Assembly (NCBI GenBank): GCA_028868735.1
Contig: JAGWTW010000003.1
Span: forward strand, 31,749 to 95,748
Direction of reading: 5' to 3'
From: Hyphomicrobiales bacterium
Lineage (GTDB): Bacteria; Pseudomonadota; Alphaproteobacteria; Rhizobiales; Beijerinckiaceae
Length of the DNA: 64,000 nt
Shown here: positions 51,439 to 59,593 of the stretch, piece after piece
How the letters are laid out: each line of letters opens with the position of its first letter
Numbering within the stretch: the first letter of the stretch is position 1
The notes under the pieces: model-generated
Told to the model about the DNA's origin: nothing
Databases searched by the model: none
The model's input: the letters and a program-made list of their open reading frames with translations, nothing else
Position numbers and translations under genes: made by a program

Positions 51439-53415
51439 CTATCCCGTCTGCGCGGCGGCCCGGTTCTTCGCCAGTTTCGGCGACCCGACCCGCAACCTGC
51501 GGTCCGAGAGCGACAACGCGCCGCCGAAGGCCATCACAAGACCGCCGATCCAGATCAGCAGAACGAGCGGCTTGTAATAAGCGCGGATCGTGGTCGTGCC
51601 GTCCGGATTCGAATCCCCGAGCGCGACATAGAGTTGTGTGACGCCGCGCGACAACAGCGCTGACTGCGTCGATCCCATGCCGCGCGCAGCGAAGGCGCGC
51701 TTGGAAGGCTCCATGACCGCGATCGAACGTCCGCCCAGAAAGACTTCCAGAGTTCCGACCTGCTCCTGATAGTTGGGGCCGGCGCGCATCGAGATGCCCT
51801 CGAACTTCAATTCGTAGCCGGCGACGGGAATGTCGTCGCCCGGCCTGAAGGCGCCGATCTTCTCGACGCCCCACGCGCTCTCGCAGACGATGCCGAGCAA
51901 GGTTACGCCGAGGCCGAGATGGGCGAACATCGTACCCCATGTCGAGCGCGGCAGACCCTTCGCGCGATTCAGGCTGACGCCGAGAGGACCGCGGAAGAGC
52001 GCCGTGCGTTCCAGGAACTCGGCACTCGCGCCTACGATGACGTAGGCCGCGAGCCCGATGGCGAGCAGGGCGACGACCGGCTGGCCGGCGATCGCAAAGG
52101 CGACGACGAAGCCGATGACCGCCGCGACGAAGGCGAAGGTGAGGCGCTGCGTCGCGCCCTTCAGATCGCCGCGCTTCCACGCGAGCAGCGGCCCGAACGG
52201 CATGGCGAGAAGCAGCGGCACGAAAAGGGGCGCGAAGGTCGCGTTGAAGAAGGGCGCGCCAACGGAGATCTTCGCGCCGGTCAGCGCTTCGAGCGCGATC
52301 GGATAGAGCGTGCCGACGAAAACGGTCGCACAGGCGGTCGACAGCAGGAGATTGTTCAGGACCAGCGCGCCTTCGCGCGAAATCGGTGCGAACAGGCCGC
52401 CCTGCTTGAGGCTTGACGCACGCAGGCTGTAGAGCGACAGCGCGCCGCCGATCAGCAGCACGAGGATGAAAAGGATGAACACGCCGCGAGCAGGGTCGCT
52501 CGCGAAGGCGTGGACCGAGGTCAGCACGCCCGAGCGCACAATGAACGTGCCGATCAACGATAGCGAGAAGGTGAGGATGGCGAGCAAGATCGTCCAGACT
52601 TTCAGCGCCTCGCGCTTCTCCATCACGAGCGCGGAATGCAGAAGTGCGGTGCCGGCGAGCCAGGGCATGAACGAGGCGTTCTCGACCGGATCCCAGTACC
52701 ACCAGCCGCCCCAACCGAGCGTGTAATAGGCCCAGTAGGACCCCATGGCGATGCCGAGCGTGAGGAATATCCACGCGAGCAAAACCCAGGGACGCACCCA
52801 ACGCGCCCAGGCCGCATCGATACGGCCCTCGATCAGCGCGGCGACGGCGAACGAAAACGAGATCGAGAAGCCGACATAGCCGATGTAGAGAAGCGGCGGA
52901 TGTATCGCGAGACCGAAGTCCTGCAGGATCGGATTGAGGTCACGTCCCTGTATCGGCGCCGGATCGAGTCTTGCGAAAGGGTTCGAGGTGATGAGTATGA
53001 ACAGGTAGAAGAGGCCGGCGATCCAGGATTGAACCGCCAGAACCGTCGCCTTCAGGCTTGCCGGCACATTGGAGCTGAAAGCCGCGACCAGCGCGCCGAA
53101 CACGGTGAGGATCAGCACCCACAGCAACATCGAGCCTTCATGGTTTCCCCAAAGGCTCGTGACTTTGTAGATCATCGGCATCATCGTGTGCGAATTCTCG
53201 AATGTGGTCTGCACCGAGAAGTCCGAAACGACGTAGGAATAGGTGAGGCAACCGAACGAAAAGGCCACCAACAGGAACTGTGCGAAAGCCGCCTTCGTGC
53301 CCACGTCCATCAGTACCGCATCGCCCGAACGCGCGCCGACGAGCGGCACCACGGATTGCACGAGCGCAATCGCAAGCGCGAGGATAAGGGCGTAATGGCC
53401 GAGTTCAGGGATCAT
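51439..53415 (-). CDS. ccmF: Cytochrome c haem lyase subunit CcmF/NrfE family
   Basis: 658 aa polytopic protein. It starts MIPELGHYALILALAIAL and has the WGGWWYWDPVEN tryptophan-rich motif. Confidence 0.92.
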   Translation of the reverse strand: MIPELGHYALILALAIALVQSVVPLVGARSGDAVLMDVGTKAAFAQFLLVAFSFGCLTYSYVVSDFSVQTTFENSHTMMPMIYKVTSLWGNHEGSMLLWVLILTVFGALVAAFSSNVPASLKATVLAVQSWIAGLFYLFILITSNPFARLDPAPIQGRDLNPILQDFGLAIHPPLLYIGYVGFSISFSFAVAALIEGRIDAAWARWVRPWVLLAWIFLTLGIAMGSYWAYYTLGWGGWWYWDPVENASFMPWLAGTALLHSALVMEKREALKVWTILLAILTFSLSLIGTFIVRSGVLTSVHAFASDPARGVFILFILVLLIGGALSLYSLRASSLKQGGLFAPISREGALVLNNLLLSTACATVFVGTLYPIALEALTGAKISVGAPFFNATFAPLFVPLLLAMPFGPLLAWKRGDLKGATQRLTFAFVAAVIGFVVAFAIAGQPVVALLAIGLAAYVIVGASAEFLERTALFRGPLGVSLNRAKGLPRSTWGTMFAHLGLGVTLLGIVCESAWGVEKIGAFRPGDDIPVAGYELKFEGISMRAGPNYQEQVGTLEVFLGGRSIAVMEPSKRAFAARGMGSTQSALLSRGVTQLYVALGDSNPDGTTTIRAYYKPLVLLIWIGGLVMAFGGALSLSDRRLRVGSPKLAKNRAAAQTG

Positions 53416-53478
53416 TTCGTATCCAGTTTCAGCCTTGACGGCGCTGGCCGAGAAAGCCTGCGCGCCGGGAAAGTCACA

Positions 53479-53492
53479 TTGACTTGCCTCAA
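53479..53492. promoter_or_regulatory. FNR/FixK-type box TTGA-N6-TCAA
   Basis: TTGACTTGCCTCAA is centred about 70 nt upstream of the ccmF ATG, in the ccmG-ccmF intergenic gap. It matches 8 of the 10 specified positions of TTGAT-N4-ATCAA. Confidence 0.45.
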
Positions 53493-53506
53493 GGGCGCGG
53501 ACGCTT

Positions 53507-54124
53507 TCACGCGCCCGCCTTCAGCGCCTTTTCGATCTGCACACGCATAATGCTGTCGATATTGTCGGGCGTCAGCGGGCCGACGAGCTTATAGGCGATC
53601 TTGCCGTCCTTGCCGACGATGAAGGTCTCCGGCACGCCGTATACGCCCCATTCGATCGCGGTGCGGCCGGAGGCATCGACGCCGACAGCCTGATAAGGAT
53701 TGCCGTAGCGGCCGAGGAAGCGGCGCGCATTGTCCGGCGCATCCTTGTAGTTGATGCCGACGACGCGTACGCGTTTGTCTTTCGCGAGCTGTACGAAGAG
53801 CGGCGCCTCCTCCGCGCAGGGGATGCACCACGAGGCGAAGACGTTGACCAGCGTCACGCTGCCGTTGAAGTCGGAGGACTGGATGCCGGGAACGTTCGCG
53901 CCTGCGGCGTTGAGGCCCTCCAGCGGCGGCAGGCTCGTCTGCGGGGCCGGGCGCCCGATCAGCGCCGAGGGCAGCTGGTTCGGGTCGCCCGCGCCGAGGC
54001 GGAAGTAGAAAAGCGCGCCGAGCGCCAAGAACGCCACGAGCGGCAGTATGGCGAACCACGATCGGCGCCTGGGCGCCTCGGGCGTCGCCGGCTTTTCAGC
54101 GTCGTTCTTGGCTATGTCGGACAT
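53507..54124 (-). CDS. ccmG: DsbE/CcmG-family periplasmic thiol:disulfide oxidoreductase
   Basis: A TM anchor (WFAILPLVAFLALGALFYF), the WCIPC active site, and GVYGVPETF. The start is ambiguous: ATG 54124 or ATG 54145. Confidence 0.88.
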   Translation of the reverse strand: MSDIAKNDAEKPATPEAPRRRSWFAILPLVAFLALGALFYFRLGAGDPNQLPSALIGRPAPQTSLPPLEGLNAAGANVPGIQSSDFNGSVTLVNVFASWCIPCAEEAPLFVQLAKDKRVRVVGINYKDAPDNARRFLGRYGNPYQAVGVDASGRTAIEWGVYGVPETFIVGKDGKIAYKLVGPLTPDNIDSIMRVQIEKALKAGA

Positions 54125-54162
54125 GGCGCGAACCGTTAGCAACATGCGAGCCGGAAGTCACG

Positions 54163-55092
54163 TTAAAGGATGCCTGCCCGGGCCCGCCTGACCGACGCGG
54201 CGGCGTGACGCACCAAAGCCTGCCGGACGAAGGTCATGGCGGGGTCCGCCGCATGCCGGCGGTGCCAGACCAGCGACATGGAAAGGTCGCCGGCGCGGGC
54301 GCTTTGCGGGACAGGGGCTGCGGCGAATTCGCGCATGAGGCCGGCGCCGAGCAGGGAGGGAAGGGTCGCGAGCCGATCCGTCGCCCTCAGGAAGGACGCG
54401 ACGCCGGAGAAGCTCGCCACCGACGCGGCGAAATGGCGCCGGAGACCGTCGCGCTCCATTTGCGTGTCGAAAGTCAGGCGTGCGCGATTGGGATAGACTA
54501 CCGTGACGTGCCGCGCGGCGAGATAGTCTGCGAGCGAAGTGGGCGCGCTGCGAACGTTTCTGTCGTAAAAGCAGACGTATTCGTCGCGGAACAGCCGACG
54601 CTGGAGAATGTCGACGCCGTCGGGCGGATAAGGGGTCACGAGCAGATCGCAGCCGCCCTCACGCAGAATGTCGGCCGTCGGCGCATCGGACGGGATGATG
54701 CGCATCTCGACGGAGGCGACCTGTTCTTCGAGAAATTTGAGGAAGCCGGGCAACAGCACGTCGCGTTGCAGATCGTTGGCTGCGATCGTGAGCGAGAGGC
54801 GCGCACGCGCCGGCGCGAATTGCGCGCCACGCGAAAAGTCGCTCATGGAATCGATCAGGCGGCGCGCACTGTCGGCGAGCGCTTCGGCGTGTGCGGTGGC
54901 GACGATGCCGCGTCCGGATTTGACGAATAGCGGATCTCTTACGATGGCGCGCAGCTTGGCCAGCGCGTGACTGACGGCCGATTGCGTCAAGCCAAGTCGA
55001 TCAGCAGCCGCAGTGACCGATCCCTGCTCGAGCACCGCGAGGAAAAGCCGGAGCAAATGGCCGTCGAGATCCAAATGATCGAAATCATTCAT
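54163..55092 (-). CDS. LysR-family transcriptional regulator
   Basis: Start at MNDFDHLDLDGHLLRLFLAVLEQGSVTAAADRLGLTQSAVSHALAKLR. Length is 309 aa. It is divergent from ligAB. Confidence 0.88.
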   Translation of the reverse strand: MNDFDHLDLDGHLLRLFLAVLEQGSVTAAADRLGLTQSAVSHALAKLRAIVRDPLFVKSGRGIVATAHAEALADSARRLIDSMSDFSRGAQFAPARARLSLTIAANDLQRDVLLPGFLKFLEEQVASVEMRIIPSDAPTADILREGGCDLLVTPYPPDGVDILQRRLFRDEYVCFYDRNVRSAPTSLADYLAARHVTVVYPNRARLTFDTQMERDGLRRHFAASVASFSGVASFLRATDRLATLPSLLGAGLMREFAAAPVPQSARAGDLSMSLVWHRRHAADPAMTFVRQALVRHAAASVRRARAGIL

Positions 55093-55094
55093 GT

Positions 55095-55112
55095 CATGTA
55101 TGACGATACATG
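55095..55112. promoter_or_regulatory. Palindrome CATGTAT-GACG-ATACATG in the lysR/ligA divergent region
   Basis: A perfect 7-bp inverted repeat in an AT-rich stretch immediately upstream of the lysR start. It is a candidate LysR-type binding site. Confidence 0.4.
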
Positions 55113-55231
55113 CATTTATCTTGTTAAACAATACAGCCAGGTTGCCGCCAGTCCGCAGAACGGTTGCGCCAGGTCAAAGCCGGAGATGCGGAAATTTCGC
55201 CCGATAGGCGGGGAAGATCAGGGAGGCGCGC

Positions 55232-55579
55232 ATGGCGCAAACACGCACAATCGAAGGGACTACGATCTTCGAAGGCGGGCAGGCGACGAAAGGCTATCAG
55301 CTCAACAAGATGTGCTTTTCGTTCAACGATCCGGAAAATCGGAAAGCGTTCCTGGCGGATCAGGCCGCCTATATGGACAAATACAAGCTGACGGCGGATC
55401 AGCGCGCTGCGCTGGCGTCCGGCAGCGTGCTCAAGATGATCGAGGCCGGCGGCAACGCCTATTACCTCGCCAAGCTGGCCGGCATTCTCGGGCTCGGCGT
55501 GCAGGATATCGGCGCGCAGCAGACAGGCATGTCGGTGGAGGCCTTCAAGCAGAAACTTCTCGACGCCGGGAGGCAGTGA
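55232..55579 (+). CDS. ligA: Protocatechuate 4,5-dioxygenase-type alpha subunit (LigA family)
   Basis: 115 aa with an AGGGAGG RBS. GYQLNKMCFSFNDPENRKAFLADQAAYMDKYKLTADQRAAL is typical LigA. Confidence 0.85.
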   Translation: MAQTRTIEGTTIFEGGQATKGYQLNKMCFSFNDPENRKAFLADQAAYMDKYKLTADQRAALASGSVLKMIEAGGNAYYLAKLAGILGLGVQDIGAQQTGMSVEAFKQKLLDAGRQ

Positions 55580-56439
55580 TGGCTCGCATCATCGGTACGC
55601 TTTCGACCTCGCACATTCCCGCGATCGGCAACGCTATCGCGAAAAAGCAACAGAACGAGCCCTACTGGAAGCCGTTTTTCGAAGCATGGCCGCCGGTACG
55701 AGAGTGGCTCGCGCACGAGCGGCCTGACGTGATCGTGTTTTTCTACAACGACCACGGGCTGAATTTCTTCCTGGACAAGATGCCGACCTTCGCGATTGGG
55801 GCCTGCGCCGAATATGTGAGCGAGGACGAGGGCTGGGGCATCCCGACAATTCCTTCGATCAAGGGAAACCCGAAGCTGTCGTGGCACATCATCAACGGCG
55901 TCGTCGAGGACGGTTTCGATCCGGTCATGTGCCAGGAAATGGCGGTCGATCACGCGATCACCAATCCCATGCTGCTGATGTATCCGGATGCGCATTGGCC
56001 GGCGGCGATCGTGCCGATCGCGATCAATTCGATCCAGCATCCGCTGCCCGGCCCGAAACGCTGCTACGGTCTCGGCCGCGCGGTCGGCAAGGCGATCGAG
56101 TCCTATCCGGAAGATCTGAAAGTGCTGCTCGTCGGCTCGGGCGGGCTGTCGCACCAGCTCGACGGCGCTCGCGCCGGGTTCATCAACAAGGCGTTCGACG
56201 CCGAATGCCTCGAGGCGATGGTCTCGGGCGTCGAGCCGCTGCTCAAGTACTCGTCGCTCGACGTCGTCGAGAAGGCCGGCGCGCAGGGCGTCGAACTCAT
56301 GTGCTGGATTGCGGCGCGCGCCGCGATGCAGGGCGACGTCACGGAGGTCGCGCGCACCTATCACATCCCGATTTCGAATACGGCGTCGGCGGTGCAGTTG
56401 CTGTCGCACACACGCACAGCGATCGCGAAGGCTGCGTAG
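55579..56439 (+). CDS. ligB: Class III extradiol dioxygenase beta subunit (LigB family)
   Basis: The ATG overlaps the ligA stop (TGATG). MARIIGTLSTSHIPAIG...VFFYNDHGLNFF...GSGGLSHQL is the LigB catalytic core. Length is 286 aa. Confidence 0.88.
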   Translation: MARIIGTLSTSHIPAIGNAIAKKQQNEPYWKPFFEAWPPVREWLAHERPDVIVFFYNDHGLNFFLDKMPTFAIGACAEYVSEDEGWGIPTIPSIKGNPKLSWHIINGVVEDGFDPVMCQEMAVDHAITNPMLLMYPDAHWPAAIVPIAINSIQHPLPGPKRCYGLGRAVGKAIESYPEDLKVLLVGSGGLSHQLDGARAGFINKAFDAECLEAMVSGVEPLLKYSSLDVVEKAGAQGVELMCWIAARAAMQGDVTEVARTYHIPISNTASAVQLLSHTRTAIAKAA

Positions 56440-56478
56440 GGATTTCCTCCCGCGCGGGAACATGCCGCGCGAGACTTG

Positions 56479-56507
56479 CGCCGCCGCAGAGACGCGGCGG
56501 CGTTTTT
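56479..56507 (+). terminator. Rho-independent terminator after ligB
   Basis: CGCCGCCGC-agagac-GCGGCGGCG is followed by TTTTT. Confidence 0.7.
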
Positions 56508-56511
56508 CTCT

Positions 56512-56859
56512 CTATTGGCGGATCGGCCCGCCGAGCGATTGCCAGAGCATCACGCCGCCATTGAAGTGCGAGATGTCGGAGAGACCAGCCTGCCGGGCGG
56601 CGCGTAGCGCGGCGTCTGACCGCGCTCCGGAGCGACAGATCAGCACGATTTTCTGGTCTCGCGGCAATTCGGACGCATTGAAGCGCGACAACGGCATGTT
56701 CTGTGAACCGGGCACATGGCCTTGCCGGAATTCAGCGGGCTCACGCACGTCGACCAAAGCGCAATCGCCAGACTGCATCGCCGCCCGCAAATCGTCATAC
56801 CCGATCACATCCGAGGCGCCGCTCCCCGAGGAGCGGCCGAAGAGTTTTGAAAGAATCAT
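56512..56859 (-). CDS. Rhodanese-domain protein (single domain)
   Basis: Start at MILSKLF. LVDVREPAEFRQGHVPGSQNMP...IVLICRSGARS contains the active-site Cys loop. Length is 115 aa. Confidence 0.85.
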   Translation of the reverse strand: MILSKLFGRSSGSGASDVIGYDDLRAAMQSGDCALVDVREPAEFRQGHVPGSQNMPLSRFNASELPRDQKIVLICRSGARSDAALRAARQAGLSDISHFNGGVMLWQSLGGPIRQ

Positions 56860-56860
56860 G

Positions 56861-57220
56861 TCAGGCCGCCTTCGCGCCGTCCCCGGCGAATTGCGTATAG
56901 GCGTCGAGCGCATGGCTGGCGTACATCGCCGAGGGCCCGGCGCCCATGTATATCGCCATGCCCAACGTTTCGAGGATCTCTTCGCGGGTCGCGCCCTGCT
57001 GCACGGCCGCCTTGACGTGGAACGCGACACAATCGTCGCAACGCACGGCGACGGATATAGCGATCGCAATCAGTTCCTTCGTCTTGGTGTCCAGCGCATT
57101 CGGGACGAGCGCGCTCTGGGCGAGTGCGGCGAACGCCTTCATCACGTCAGGCGCGCCGCCGCGCAGGTTTTTTAATTTCGACGACAACGCCTTGGTCGTC
57201 TCGGGCCAGTTCTCGATCAT
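56861..57220 (-). CDS. Carboxymuconolactone decarboxylase / AhpD-like family protein
   Basis: The CxxC-H motif is in AVRCDDCVAFH, followed by ETLGMAIYMGAGPS. The ATG at 57220 (MIENW) has a GGAG 9 nt upstream. The ATG at 57229 is the alternative. Confidence 0.82.
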   Translation of the reverse strand: MIENWPETTKALSSKLKNLRGGAPDVMKAFAALAQSALVPNALDTKTKELIAIAISVAVRCDDCVAFHVKAAVQQGATREEILETLGMAIYMGAGPSAMYASHALDAYTQFAGDGAKAA

Positions 57221-57269
57221 CGACACCATCTCCTGCGTCTGTAAGGAACCTGTTCTGATATAATATCGT

Positions 57270-57298
57270 AATATTCGCATATATGCATATTTTGTCAA
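57270..57298 (-). promoter_or_regulatory. Sigma-70-like promoter with an embedded ATATGCATAT palindrome
   Basis: The minus strand reads TTGACA (57298-57293), then 17 nt, then AATATT (57275-57270). The spacer contains the perfect 10-bp palindrome ATATGCATAT (57281-57290). Confidence 0.45.
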
Positions 57299-57323
57299 GA
57301 CACTCGCGAAAAACTGCGCGGAT

Positions 57324-57653
57324 TCATATTTTTGAAATGGCCGGCGCCATGCTGCCGAGCGTCTCGTCACGCTGCAAACGATGCCGGACGACGGCGGACA
57401 AATGAATGACGATCACGGCGATGACCGCCCAGCCCGCCCAATTGTCGGCCGCCGCAGTCGCGACATTCAACGCCTTGCCTTTCAATACGAGCAGAGGCCA
57501 GGAGAATAGACCGAAGAAGGGCAGTCAGTGGCCGCCTGCCGCCGATTGCAAGCGCCCCGTAACCGGCATCACCGCGATCAACAGGAAGCGCGCCCCATAC
57601 GAAGCCGCGCGCACACGCCGCGAAGGGCGCGCGCGGGGCCGGTTCGCCGGCGA
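57324..57653 (-). pseudogene. 5'-truncated cytochrome b561-family remnant with an in-frame TGA
   Basis: The minus-strand frame directly after the dppF stop reads ...SYGARFLLIAVMPVTGRLQSAAGGH*LPFFGLFSWPLLVLKGKALNVATAAADNWAGWAVIAVIVIHLSAVVRHRLQRDETLGSMAP. This is colinear with the C-terminal half of CybB-like cytochromes b561. The stop is at 57525-57527. The N-terminal half is absent, and two expected haem-ligand His positions appear replaced. Confidence 0.5.
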
Positions 57654-58628
57654 TCAGCCGCCAGGCGAAGCGGTGCGCGGTTCAACTTCGTCCACAGCGT
57701 GACAGGCGACGCCGCCAATGAGTTTGGGCAGTTCGCGCCGGCAGCGGTCGAAGGCAAGCGGGCAGCGCGGATGGAAGGCGCAGCCGGGCGGAGGGTCGAT
57801 CGGCGAGGGAATTTCGCCGGATATCGGCGCGCGGTCGCGCTTGGGCGCGTGGGGGTCCGGGATCGCTTCGATCAGCATGCGCGTATAGGGGTGGCGCGGC
57901 GCGGCGAACAGCTCACGTGTCGGCGCGATCTCCACAAGCCGGCCGAGATACATCACGCCGACCCGATCGGCCATGTGCCGGATGACGGCGAGATTGTGCG
58001 TGATGAAAAGCATCGTGAGGCCGAGCCGCCGTTGCAAGTCGCGCAGCAGATTCAGAATTTGCGCCTGGACGGATACGTCGAGCGCGGATGTGGGTTCGTC
58101 CGCCACGATGAAATCGGGCTCGCCGGCGATGGCCCGAGCAATCGCGATGCGCTGGCGCTGTCCGCCGGAAAATTCATGCGGATATTTTTCGCCGTCAACG
58201 GGCGAAAGGCCGACGAGCGTGAGCAATTCGGCTACGCGCTGTTTGACGTCCCCACCGCCGCCTCTGGCGAGCAGGGGTTCGCCGACGATGTCGACAACCT
58301 TCCAGCGCGGATTGAGGCTCGCAAACGGGTCCTGAAAGATCATCTGCAATCTTCCCGCGCGCGCAGCTTCGGCGACCTCGCCGCCCTCGAATGCAATATG
58401 TCCCGCGGTTGGCGCGAGCAGCCCGACAGTCATGCGTCCGAGCGTCGATTTGCCTGAACCGGACTCGCCGACAAGCCCGAGCGTTTCGCCGGCGAGGATA
58501 TCGAGCGAAATCTCTTCGACTGCATGGACGTAACGCCTTCCTTCTCCAGAAAGTCTGCGTTCGAGCCAGGGTTTCGACACATCGAACAAGCGTCGTGCGT
58601 TCTGCACGGAGAGAATCGCGCGGCTCAT
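57654..58628 (-). CDS. Peptide (Dpp/Opp-type) ABC transporter ATP-binding protein
   Basis: Start at MSRAILSV. It has Walker A (GESGSGKST), the signature FSGGQRQR, Walker B ([12 protein letters not shown]) and the C-terminal oligopeptide domain. Length is 324 aa. Confidence 0.9.
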   Translation of the reverse strand: MSRAILSVQNARRLFDVSKPWLERRLSGEGRRYVHAVEEISLDILAGETLGLVGESGSGKSTLGRMTVGLLAPTAGHIAFEGGEVAEAARAGRLQMIFQDPFASLNPRWKVVDIVGEPLLARGGGGDVKQRVAELLTLVGLSPVDGEKYPHEFSGGQRQRIAIARAIAGEPDFIVADEPTSALDVSVQAQILNLLRDLQRRLGLTMLFITHNLAVIRHMADRVGVMYLGRLVEIAPTRELFAAPRHPYTRMLIEAIPDPHAPKRDRAPISGEIPSPIDPPPGCAFHPRCPLAFDRCRRELPKLIGGVACHAVDEVEPRTASPGG

Positions 58629-59593
58629 GGCGCCGGTTCCACAATGCAGGCCGCCGCCCTCGGGCCAGCTTCGATCATCGGAGGCGCCGCCATGCGACAA
58701 CGTGGCTCCGCCTTCGGACAACGCGGCGCATATGCGCATCCTTCTGGCCGCGCGCCAATACGCGGCATTGCGCCGGGAATTTGCGTGAGGCGGTCGACTT
58801 CCTCGCGCAAGGAGGGAATGGAGCCCATCAGACCGCGTGAATAAGGATGCCAGGGCCGCGCGATCACGTCTGCGACCGGACCGATCTCGACGACGCGTCC
58901 CGCGTACATCACCGCAACGCGATCGGCCGCTTCCGCAATCACGCCCATATCGTGCGTGACGAGAAGGACCGAAGCGTTGTGGGCGCGGGCGAGCCGTCGC
59001 AGCAGCGCAATGATCTGCGCTTGCACAGAAACATCCAGCGCGGTCGTCGGTTCGTCGGCTATCAGAAGTGAAGGGTCGCAGGCCAGCGCGAGCGCGATAA
59101 CGACACGCTGACGCATGCCGCCCGAAAACTCGTGTGGCCAAGCGCGCATACGATCTGCTGCCGCCGGCAGGCCGACTTCGCCGAGCAGCGCGATGGCTTT
59201 TTCGCGCGCCTGAGCCGCATTGAGCGGCAAATGCGCGCGGATGGTCTCGACGAGCTGGTCGCCGATGCGTTGAAGCGGATCGAGGCTGGTCAGCGGATCC
59301 TGAAAGATCGTGCCAATTCGCTTGCCGCGCAATTTGCGAAGGTCCGCGGATCGCAGATTGTCGATGCGACGGCCCTCGAACGTGATCGTCCCGCCGCAAA
59401 TGCGGCCCGGCTGATCGATGAGGCCGATGATGGCGCGGCCTGTCAGGGACTTGCCGGCGCCGGACTCGCCGACAAGACCCAGGATTTCGCCCTGCGCCAT
59501 AGAAAAGGAAACGCCGTCCAACGCGCGCAGGTCGCCGTGGCGTGTGACGAACTCGACGCCAAGGCGATCGACCTCGAGCAACGGCTCGCTCAT
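58625..59593 (-). CDS. Peptide (Dpp/Opp-type) ABC transporter ATP-binding protein
   Basis: Start at MSEPLLEV. It has Walker A (GESGAGKSL), the signature FSGGMRQR and Walker B (LLIADEPTTALD). It is ATGA-coupled on both sides. Length is 322 aa. Confidence 0.9.
   Translation of the reverse strand: MSEPLLEVDRLGVEFVTRHGDLRALDGVSFSMAQGEILGLVGESGAGKSLTGRAIIGLIDQPGRICGGTITFEGRRIDNLRSADLRKLRGKRIGTIFQDPLTSLDPLQRIGDQLVETIRAHLPLNAAQAREKAIALLGEVGLPAAADRMRAWPHEFSGGMRQRVVIALALACDPSLLIADEPTTALDVSVQAQIIALLRRLARAHNASVLLVTHDMGVIAEAADRVAVMYAGRVVEIGPVADVIARPWHPYSRGLMGSIPSLREEVDRLTQIPGAMPRIGARPEGCAYAPRCPKAEPRCRMAAPPMIEAGPRAAACIVEPAP

Noticed and set aside
57525-57527. The in-frame TGA of the cytochrome b561-like frame, read as selenocysteine or programmed read-through.
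   Set aside because: The fragment also lacks its N-terminal half and conserved haem ligands. I noticed no SECIS-like hairpin immediately downstream. Decay is the simpler explanation.
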